Positions 28,434 through 39,100 of a stretch of 62,418 bases of DNA are shown in pieces; position 1 is the stretch's first letter, and each line of letters begins with the position of its first letter. This stretch comes from a virus (taxonomy: Duplodnaviria > Caudoviricetes), in the IMG/VR virus record IMGVR_UViG_3300021963_000132, positions 1 through 62,418 of that record; one strand, 5' to 3'. The translations under genes and the position numbers were made by a program. The notes below the pieces were generated by a model, which did not search any database, was not told the DNA's origin, and saw nothing but the letters and a program-made list of their open reading frames with translations.

Positions 28434-30047
28434 TTACTTGTTGTCGTCGACTTCGGTCTGAAGAAGTTCAAACTCAACCAGGCTCTTCAGGAACTCGTCG
28501 GTGCTTCCATCTGTGACCTGAATTGCCTTTTCGCCAGCAGTCCACTCGGTAGGAATTAACTTTTCCATACCCATTTCTTGTGCACGCTTCATTATGTGGC
28601 GCTTTGCGGCGGCCATGTCCTTGGCGCGACCATGGGCCATAACAGCATTGCGAAGGTCTTCTTCGGATGCGATTGGGAATGAACCATCTTCCATTGCCTC
28701 GCCAGACTCAGCCATCTGCTGACGTGATTCCTCGGAAAATGCACGCTTCAGTGCAATTTCTGCGGCTTCCGCCTCAATCTCATCAACATCATCCGGCTCC
28801 CACTTGTCCCATCCGAGAACCTCGCCATCAAGCGCAACATACACGTCATAGGACTTGGCGTCAAAGCCATCAATTTCAACCTGGAAGGCATCAAAGCCCT
28901 CAAAAACGCCCGGCTCCACGGCCACAATAGTCCCTGGCACCGACTTGACAGCAATTTCTGCAGCCTCATTGAAATTGATTAGTTCAATATCGTCCATCAA
29001 AGACTTCTGCTCAAAGACGCTGTCATCTAAACGATGAAAGCCAAGAACTTCAGCAGTTGTTCCATCAATGAAAATTTCATTTACGTGACCGGACTTCGTC
29101 TGAACGTCAACAACGAACATGTCGGCCTCAGCCGAGTACCCTGAGTCAATGACGTCACCCTTGAACATCGTTTCTGCAAGACCCTCAACGTGGAGCAGGC
29201 CCGGAAGACCCTTTTCGGCCACACAACCGCCAGGGCAGTCGTTGCACACAGAAATTGAACCAGGGTAAACCTTGCGGTCAATCGCACACATGAAGCCATT
29301 CATCCCGATGTCGGCTGACTTGGTTCCAAGTTTGCGAAGACGAGCCATACGCATGGCTTCCATGTCGGGTGCAGGCCCACCAGCAACGCCAGGACGCATC
29401 GGCATTGCTTCCATCTCCTCGTCTTCCATTTCTTCATCCTCCATTTCCATGTCCTCGTCGTCCATGTCCATGTCGTCAGTTTCCTTGTAGGACATCATGC
29501 GCTTGCCCCAGCCCTTGGGGGTAGCCATGGGCTCCATTTCCTCGTCTTCGTATTCCTCTTCGTCCATATCTGGCGCCATGGGCATCCCCATTCCCTTGCG
29601 ATAGCCCTTTGCAGCCGGTTCAAGATAAGCGCTCAATGAATCGTCCTCTTCGTCGGCCATGTCATCCTCAATGATGTCATCCTCAACCATGGCTGCAGCG
29701 GCTTGAGCAGCCTTTTTGCGACGCATCATCATCTTCTGATATGTCATTTCTTCTTCATCCATGGACGCTTCATCTTCGGTCGCATCCATTTCATAGGGCT
29801 TCATTCCCATGCCCTTTTGGGCGCGACGCATAGCCATCATCTTCACCATTTCGTCATCGTCCATCATCTCGTCGTCCTCGATGTCCATGACGGGAACCAT
29901 CTTGACTTCCACAGCCATAGCCCCACACTTGCCGCATACTTTTGCGCCTGCCTTGTAGCCACACTCTCCACCGGCAAGGCCTTTGGCGCATTTGGCAACC
30001 GTTCCGTCCTTCTCGATTTTAACGATTGCTTTTTCGTCATAATTCAT
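28434..30047 (-). CDS. Acidic Met-rich protein (about 537 aa), scaffold-like, with PepSY-like repeats and a C-terminal DGSFPI domain
   Basis: AAGGAG RBS precedes ATG 30047 (MNYDEK). D/E/M-rich low complexity; INFNEAAEIAVKSVPGTIVAVE...YDVYVALDGEVL; DGSFPIASEEDLRNAVMAHGRA...KRHIMKRA. Confidence 0.75.
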   Translation of the reverse strand: MNYDEKAIVKIEKDGTVAKCAKGLAGGECGYKAGAKVCGKCGAMAVEVKMVPVMDIEDDEMMDDDEMVKMMAMRRAQKGMGMKPYEMDATEDEASMDEEEMTYQKMMMRRKKAAQAAAAMVEDDIIEDDMADEEDDSLSAYLEPAAKGYRKGMGMPMAPDMDEEEYEDEEMEPMATPKGWGKRMMSYKETDDMDMDDEDMEMEDEEMEDEEMEAMPMRPGVAGGPAPDMEAMRMARLRKLGTKSADIGMNGFMCAIDRKVYPGSISVCNDCPGGCVAEKGLPGLLHVEGLAETMFKGDVIDSGYSAEADMFVVDVQTKSGHVNEIFIDGTTAEVLGFHRLDDSVFEQKSLMDDIELINFNEAAEIAVKSVPGTIVAVEPGVFEGFDAFQVEIDGFDAKSYDVYVALDGEVLGWDKWEPDDVDEIEAEAAEIALKRAFSEESRQQMAESGEAMEDGSFPIASEEDLRNAVMAHGRAKDMAAAKRHIMKRAQEMGMEKLIPTEWTAGEKAIQVTDGSTDEFLKSLVEFELLQTEVDDNK

Positions 30048-30197
30048 TTGTTGACTCCTTGCTTGGGATGGCGCAACGTTCAGTTGTATTGGATAGTAGT
30101 CGCAAGGCGACATTCTGTTGGGAAAGATAAAATTGGATTTATTGCTCTGGCCACTCGAGTATACAGCAAATTAATGCTGCTATTTCTGCAATTTTGA

Positions 30198-33100
30198 CTA
30201 TTCATACAGGGCAACTTCTACCTCATCGCCTTGTTCATTAATTTTCTTTATGGTACGTGAATTTATGGGCTGTACAGTCTTATCTACAAAAGTTGCCATT
30301 GCTGCCTTTGCCATCAGTTCTGCCATCTCTGCAAAAAGGGATACACGAACATCACCACCCCTTCCCAGTTGTCGGTCAAGTGCGACATATAGTGCTTCAA
30401 TTATTTCATCAAGTTCACGCTGTGTAAGGAAGAGTGCGCCAGCATTGGTTCTTTTGTCAGTAAGTAATCCAGATTTTTGCCGACGCATAATCTGCTTCAG
30501 CATTAACAGTGCTTGCTTTGTTCTGGCATCGTCGGCTTTCTGTGCCTCGACATCGAGGGAGTCCATTAATTCTTTAAAACGTGTTGCTTCTGCCCTAATC
30601 TCTGCGCGGCCATCTTTTTGACTCCTCATTGAGGCGGGCTTTTGCTGTTCGTTGCGTCGGGCAGCAAAGTATTTTTCGACATCTGGAATTCGATTAAAGG
30701 AGTTGCGCTTTGCCGATGAAGGCCTTTGCCTCTGTGGTTCAATTACTTGAGTCAACTTTGCGCCACGACCGGGGGTTCTGTCTATAAATGGGTCGTCGGC
30801 ATAGGACTCTCTTATTTTTTGCAAGCCATCCCTAATGCCTTCTGCGTTGGCAATATTTTTGAGTACTACTTGCTTTGAGCGAGCATTTGTTCGCGGCCCG
30901 AATCCGGAACCCCTGTTGGCCAAGGCATCCGCCACAACATCACTGACCAAATAATCATCAAGTAGCGATAGGGCATCGTCTAATTGACCAATTGATAAAT
31001 CACGACCCTCATCTGGGCTTGGTGATTCAAATAATTTATTGAGGTCGCGCCAAATCAGACTATGGCGCATGTCATCGTTGCGTGCTGCATACCCGGCGGC
31101 AATTGCGTCATCCATTTGTGCAATAAATTCGGATATTTTATTTGCTCGATTTTGTCTTTGCTGCTTGGCAGCCACTGGGTTATCTGGGGTTGATGATGTC
31201 CTTGCTTTACGTTTCTCGCTTTCGGTAATTCGTTTCGTAAGAGAAGAACGACTCAGCAGCGATGCCAACGAGTTATCTACCGATGATGGTCCATCACTAG
31301 CACGCTCGACGCCAACCGGAGCCTGCGGGTCCTCCTCTTCCAAAAGCATTCCTGAACGCAACTTGCGAGACACCGCTTCTAGTGTTTTTTGGCTAGCAGT
31401 TATTGCATCTTGCCACAAAGCGTTAATGTCAGCATCATTTATTTCTAGCGGGCCCGTCTTCTTCTTGTTTGCCTCTGGGCGCAATATCCGTATGACATCA
31501 ACGGCTTGAAGTGGATTCAGTTCCAAGAAGTCCAAATCGTAAACTTTTTGTGATTGGAAATTCAGAGCATCCTTCGAGGAACTTGATAGCGAATCCCAGG
31601 ACCTAGCGAAAGACGGTAGTGAGCCACGGGAGTCGGGTGCGTCATATGCGAGCGACTCAAATTTTTGTTTTTGTTCGGCGTTGCTGTCCGCCAAGGACAA
31701 CACGGAGAAAATATTATTTGCTTCATCAATTGCATCTTGCTTGCGAATCCCCTTCTTATTGTCTGGAGATGCGCTGTTTTGATTAATCCATGCCAATTTC
31801 TCCACTGGTGACATATTTTTGTATTCCGGTGGAATCATTTGCCTTAGCGGAGAGCCAGCACCATTATCAATTCTTGTAAAATTGCTGGTTCCTGAACTGC
31901 GCATTGATTGTGGGGACAGATTTCGGAGTGCTTGCAGGCCATTCCATTCATTGAGTGTTAGTCGTGAACTCAGGGATATCTCTTTTGCTATGCCGATGTT
32001 TGAAGATTGAGCCCAGGCGAGTAGTTTTTCTTGCTCCTCTTTCCCCATCGACATTGGTGCGCCATTGTTGAAAAGCGTTTCGCTTGAAATTCCGGAAATG
32101 CGACCCATATCGGTTGTGTCAAATTTATTCTTTGGACTAGCCGCCGCTTGCTCAAGTGGCGTGAAGCCTGACATTGCTGGTAAACCCGGTTGCTTATATG
32201 CAAATTCGTATGCTTGTAATATTTCGGCAAATTGTGCTGGACTAACAGAAAAGTTTGAACGAATTCCGCTACCTTGCGAACCTTCGATTAGTGCGTCATA
32301 TAATTTGAATCCAGCAGCAGCATTTGTATTCGCCTGAAACACTTGTTGCAGGCGCGCAAGTTCATCACGGATAATTCCCATTTCGTCACTGGAAAGGCTT
32401 ATGTCTATTGGGTTTTGTGGCAGGGACCCAAACCTACGAGAGAGTGGGGCAATCTGGTTTTTGAACATTGTTGAAACACCGACCGAGTCAACAGCATCAA
32501 GGATATTGGTCGCCATGGCTGGCTCACCATTGCTGAATAGACGGGAGACAAGGCTGTGAAGTTTTTCTGGTGTAACGGATTCAATAGCCTGGGCATTAGC
32601 ACCAGAAACAAGACCGTCAAGAATTGATTTAACGGTTTTTTGTTCGTTGTCTGATAATTGAACCCTCTTGATATCGCGCTCTAGTAGTGACTTGAGGTCG
32701 GGGACACGTCCACGCGCACGTCCTCCAGAATCAACGACATAGCGAGCGTTTGTAGCAATGTCATTAAGTGCTTGACGCGCAGAAGACCTACCGAATGCAA
32801 AATTTTCAATTTCCGTGTCGGTCAATCCGCCATATCGTATGACGTTTCCATTCTTTTTGCCGACAATGACTTCGCCCCTATTGCCATCTATGTTGATGAA
32901 TCGAACATCGGAGTCAGCAAACTTCTCACTTCTCCCGGGATAAAGGCGTTCCGTGTCCGGTAGACCCCTTCCGGTGGGGACGCTTGACCTGCCCATGGTT
33001 CGTCCCACGCGCTTTGCGCTTCGCGTTGTCGGAGCGATTGCGAGAACTTCGCTTTCCGTAATGTCGGCCGAAGTTGTATTGATGATTGCATTTTTTGCAC

Positions 33101-36100
33101 TTAGTAGTTGTTTGCCGCGCTGTATGGAAACATAAGCATGACGCAGCATGTGTGTTGCCGCTGAATTGATTGCTCTAATTTCATCTTCGTCATTAACATC
33201 ATCTAATGACAAAACTTCATCAATATCAAAATTATAAAATGGCGTAAAGTTATTTGAATCCTTTGCAAATTCTTTAATAATTTTATTCAAACTATCTGCA
33301 AGGTTATTAGCCGACATTGTGCTCGCCCTACCACCTGCCGGAAGGTCAAATAGTATTTCTCGTTCCCGTGGTGAGCCCTGTATAAGTGCCGATACTTGTT
33401 GCCATTCATCTTGAGAAAGACCGACTTTATCAATGTCCTTAGCCGTATATTTCTTGGCATCAGAAAGAGCAATTTCTCTAGTAATTTTGTCAATAGAATC
33501 CTGGCGTTGCTCGGCCAACAGATATTCAATAGTTGATTGAACCTCTTCAATCTCGTCACCTACGGCCAAAAGCATGTTGTCCAATACGCCAAAACGCAAG
33601 TCGTCTTCATCTGACAATTCGCCCTCTTCGTTTATCCGTGCTTCGATTTGGTCTCGCTGTGCTGAAATACTTGCGTTTTCTTCAAGTAGACGCTTTACAC
33701 GACTCTTTATTTTTTCATGATTTAGATTTCTGAAATCATCCAAAATGTCTGCCCGTACAGCAGGCAATAGGGAACGAGAACTTCGCATGGAGGCGGAGCG
33801 ACCGACATTCAATAATTGATGGTCATCCTGCACGTAGGCCGAAAGTGATGAGCCAGTTTTTAGGTCGCGCAGTAACACTTGTGATGAATTTTTCTTAGCC
33901 TTACTTATGCCCATCACAACGTAACGTTGTTCACCCTGGAGGTCCAAATTGGAAAGAAAGTTGTTGGGCAATATGTCGCCCAGTTTTATGTCGCCACCAA
34001 ATGAGAGATAGCCGTCTTGTCCATCTGGCGATGATGAACCAATGGGCCTTCCGGCTACCCCGTAGTTCAGTCCTACAGTATTCGCCGCAAGGTCCTGCAG
34101 GTAGCGCGCCCTCTCCCCAACCGCTCGCCCACTTTTCATGGAGCGATACTCACGCCATTCATTTTTGCTCGGGCCTTGGTCCTTCTTGCCGGGTATCTTT
34201 TTGGCGCGACGACGCTGCTCTTGCTCGAGGCGAACTTGCTCCGGGGTGAGTTTCTTCATGTTGCTGGTAACTTTTTTATCACCGGTAACATTCCATTTTT
34301 TGCGATTTTTGCCTCTGCGTGACCGCATTGAAAGTGGCTGACCCCCACTAAGGAACATTGCGTCAATTTTGTCAACACCAAGTGCAGTTAGTTGACCAAA
34401 ATCAAGTTCCGCCAAGTCCGACTTTTCTAGTTCGGTGCCATACATTTCGTTATAGTCCGCAATGAGCCCGCGCACCATGTTCATTTCTTCAGGTGACAAC
34501 TGTGGCTGCCGTTCGCCGTCAATATCGAAACCAAGCAAACGGCTCAACCCATCACGTACCCCATTGTCACGCTGCTGACGTAATTGCGCATAATTGGCCA
34601 ATGAATTGAATACGCTGTCGTCAATTACGCCATCATCAAACATGTCCTGAACAACAGGGTCAAATTTTCTCTGCGAACGGAAGTTGGGAACCGCCTGTGA
34701 ATAAAACACAATATCGAGTGGTTTCAACAATGGGTCGTTGTCAATATTGAGGCGCTCTCCGGCATCGATGAGGGCACGCATGCGCCTCTGGGCAACAACG
34801 TCTTGGTATGTGTTGCGTATTGCCGTATGGGCGCTGAGCCATGCATCGTGCTCTTCTACGCTCATTTCCCCGCTCGCCTTGCGGCGGCGCATCTCCACTG
34901 CGTCGGAGTCAAGTTTGTCTCCAAAATTATTAAATTCCCTATCATTCATAGATTGCAAATTGCTAATTAGTTTCCAGTCTTTAAATTCACGACCTTTTCG
35001 TGTCGTCAATTGCTGTCCTGTTCTAAGTGTTTCTGACTCTATAAACTCTGGCAATTTTGCTGACGAAAGTGGAATGCGTCTATCAATCTGTTCTGGTAGG
35101 GCCTGCGGGTTCGGTGCGGCAAAGAACATGGGGTCCGTAAAACGCGTGCTGCGTGCATCGCCCATCCGCAATCTGGTGACCATATAGCCACGTGTCTGCA
35201 GTTCAAGAATTATCTGGTCCGAACTAGGAAACCATGAAGGGATTGTGACGCCAGAATCATCTGGCGTTGCCGCTTTTTCTGGAATCCTTATGTTGTACAT
35301 CTCAAGTGCATCGATTAGTTCACCATCACTAAATGATGCAAGTGCGGGATTCGGCGTAGTTGTTGGTGCAACCTGCACCTGTTCGGTTAATACAGGACTT
35401 GTCTTCAAGTCGAATCGTGGTGGAGCAATCTTTGTATCGCTATTGCCAGTTCTTCTCGAACGAAGTGATGTTGGGGTTGGCGTCGGCGACATCAACAGAT
35501 TGATTTCATCTTCACTAAAGCCAAGGCCTCGCATCCAGGCAATTTGTTTTTGCCTTTGTTGCTCAAGAAACGCAGCCGAATCCCATGTTTGCTCCCCAGC
35601 GGATGGGGCAATTCCCTGTTGTGGTTGTTTTGGTTTTTCTTCAAGCGGTTCTTCTGGCCTGGCTTCAACGCGTCTGCGCCCGGTTATCTGCGCCCTTTCT
35701 TTACCAAGTTCCGCCGAGCGCCTGCGTAGCGGAATTTGTTCTTTGCGGTACTCATCCAGTGTTATCTCTTCAGCGTCGAGCCGCGCATCAAGGTTTGCCA
35801 TTGACTTGGATATTTGGCTAAGTTCATCATCAATGTCTTTGATATTTCGCGCAGAACGCACGCCTGTTGGCTCACCTGGAATTGTGTCATCAGAAACAAC
35901 GCTTCTAGATGACCGGGCAGAGGCAATACTCCTGTCGCCAGATTCGTTAATTATCCTCTGTGCACGCCGTGCGAATGAGGGCAATAACTCATCATTGTCA
36001 CGCATCTCCAAAATTTCTTCAGCCGTGAACCACTCAACATTTGTATTTTCTCCATCGCGAGGACGTAGTTTCCGCAATTCCCGCGGCCCAACCTCATAAA

Positions 36101-39100
36101 CATATGTATCGTAGGTCCAGTCTGGTGCCATGGGGTCAGAGAAGGAGTACACGGGCTCAATTGCCCTAATGTCTCCGCCGACCTCTTGCATGAATTCGTC
36201 AACGGCGGTAATCCCCGGAATCATCGCATCTATTTCATCACGATGTGCTCCACCAGGGAATGACCACTTACCGGCACCCACGCTCATATTCGGCGAACGG
36301 CGAGCCAACAGATATTCATAAGTTCCGTCTTTGCGTTTACGCCTTACAAGGGCACCAGATGCACCGTAGCGGCCATAGAAACGACGTCCAGTTACGGAGA
36401 AGTAATAGCCTTCGCCAGTACGCTGATTGTTGCCTCCACCAAGGGGGGCGAAAAACGGCAAAAACGGTGGTTTAATAAGTCCATTGCGTAGTGCCCGAAC
36501 ATGCTGGTAGGAGATGTCTCGCGCATAATGAATGCCATCATCTGTTCGGCGTATTTCGTAGGTGTCCCAGATTTTTTCGCTCAATGGCTCCTCTGGGTCT
36601 ATGTCTCGTTTTCTTGCAGTCTTCGGACGAACCCTGCGCGTGCTGCGCGTGCTGCGGCTAGTGGGCTCTGATGCTCGTGCTGTTGGTGCATGCCAGGGTG
36701 GCAGGTATTCATCCGTATCAGAAAAATCCTCAATTTCTAGGAGGCGCAGTATTTCTTCAAAAAGAGTGTCTTTTGTTATGTTTATTTCCCCAACGAATCG
36801 ACGACCAGCAAAAGACTCTATACCACGACTTCTTGCCAATTGCTCACGACTCACAAAAAGGTGATACGGATTCGATGTCTTGATTAATTTTTTAAGTGTA
36901 TTGAGTTGCTTATCCGTGATTGTGCTGGCATCTACGGTAAGTTCGCCTCCAAGTCCGGTCATGAGGCGAACCATCCCATCACCAAAGGCATCCTGATAAT
37001 CAAATTCCATCTCGTGTCGGTCAACGGGATAAAGAGTTCCGTCTGGATACATCCATGCACCCCAATAGAAACTTTTTGCGAATTCATCAACAGACATTTT
37101 CTGCATCGCCATTGGTCGTGGATTAGCGCCACGGCGCAGACGGGAACCGGCATCCAGACCCTTAATCACGTCCTTTAGGTCATTAATGATTGTGTCACGT
37201 GCTGGTGAGGGCGGCGCGTGCTCCATCAATAAGCGAAGTAAATCTGCCCTTCGTTGACTCCCCAAAACCACATAGGGATTGTTGTACATGGCTCCTTCAT
37301 CAATTAAACTTTGTAATATTCTGGATGTTTTGGCTATTTCTTGTTCATCATCATCGTCACTATCGCCAAGTCTGTCATCAATATCTTCCAGTATGGACAA
37401 AAGTTTGGCATTCTCCTCAAGACCGCGTTCTTTGCGTTGCTCTTTCCAATTTATGGCTTGCTGCTGCCGCTCTTTAATACGGCGTCGTTTCTCTTGGATT
37501 TGGGGGTCGTCGTCAATTGAAATACTGGAGCGCATTGAGCGTGTAGATGACGATGTGGCATCGGACTGCGTGGGGCGGGTGGTTATCCCCTCGCGTACCC
37601 CCACTTTCTCAATTTGTTCTGTTGTGATTTCCCAGGCGTCGTCGTCTTTTTCGATAAACACACTCGCGTGTGGGATGCGTGCTGCGAGGTCCGTGATTGC
37701 GTTAATTTGCTCATCAGTTGGAGGATTTGTGGTGTTGTAATCGATAACGATATTGCCAGGAATCGTCCGAATTTCGTAGTCTCGGCCTGGGAGCATCCAG
37801 TTGACGCGAGTCTTCTCGCGAGTTGCGACAAGCCTGATGAGCCCATCAGAAAATGCCTCTTCATAATCGTGCTCATCGCCATGGTAAAAACCAACTGGAT
37901 ATATCGAGCCATCCGGATATATCCAGCCCGCTCCCCAATCGGAATCAGCAAACTCTTCTGATGTTATTCGGTCAAAATGCAGACTTCGCTCATTACCGCC
38001 GCGTCGTCGCCGCAGGGGCTGTGTGGACTCTTCGCGTAATCGTTTTTTGATGTCGGCGCGCAGAGCAATGACAATTTGTTGTTCTTCTGGTGTCAGCGGT
38101 TCAACCTTCTCGCCATATTCCGTGATTATGGCGTCAATGGTAAGCAACCCATCTATGGATGAAGCCCCAGCATCGGTTGCAAGGGGATTATCCAATGCGG
38201 CAGAATCAGAAATAACTCCGCGTAGCAGGTCATCTCTCTTTTCTAGAGCAGTTCTCGCATACCAATTATCACCATCATCACTTCTTGGTCGCGGCTCGTC
38301 ATCACCGGTCAAGTTTGCTACTACGTCTGAATTCAAAATACGTGTTAGAAGGTCAACGAGTGTGCGATTTCGCTCAGTTCTTTTGTATCTAGTCCGTACC
38401 TCTCGGGAAAGTGCTTCGCGTTGTTCTTGTTTGGCCTTGGCGGCTAATTTTCGTCCTTCTGGCGACTCCCGAGTGACCAAACGTCTGGAGCGCTGCGTTC
38501 TGCTGCTTCGTCCATCGAGTAGCCCACGGGTGGTTGGCAACGAACGTGCTGGGCTACCCCCAGATAGGCGCTCCTCTCTAACCGATATTCCCTCAACCGA
38601 ATCAAGGGCAACTTTGCCAAGGTCTTCATCGGAGGCATCGGCAAGACGGATTGACCGAGTTGACCTCATTGAAACTTGTTGGTCAGGCGGGTCTAGGCGG
38701 TCAATGACTTCGTCAATCGGCCCGTCATAGTTCAGGAAACCAACCTCGATTTGTTCTCGTGTAAATTGGCTGGGTAGGTCTATGTTGCTTATTTGAGTTG
38801 GTGGCCTTACTATTCTGGTTATCCAGTTAGAAGCAACTTCAGCAAGTGTTGCCCGTAAATATATTTCTCTGTCTTCTTCTGTCAAATCCTCTAAACCCGG
38901 TATTTGGCGGAGGCTATTCCAGAAGTCCTTATCCCTCGCAAATGAAAGAGACGCAAGTATATTTCCCCACTCTGAATGTCGGTCAAAGGTGTTTCCTAAC
39001 GTATAGTGACCCAAAATGTCATGAAAGACAGTAAGGGGACTTAACACAAAACCACGTTTTTCTAGTTCGTCATGAATGCTCTGCCATGCATGGGGGTCTG

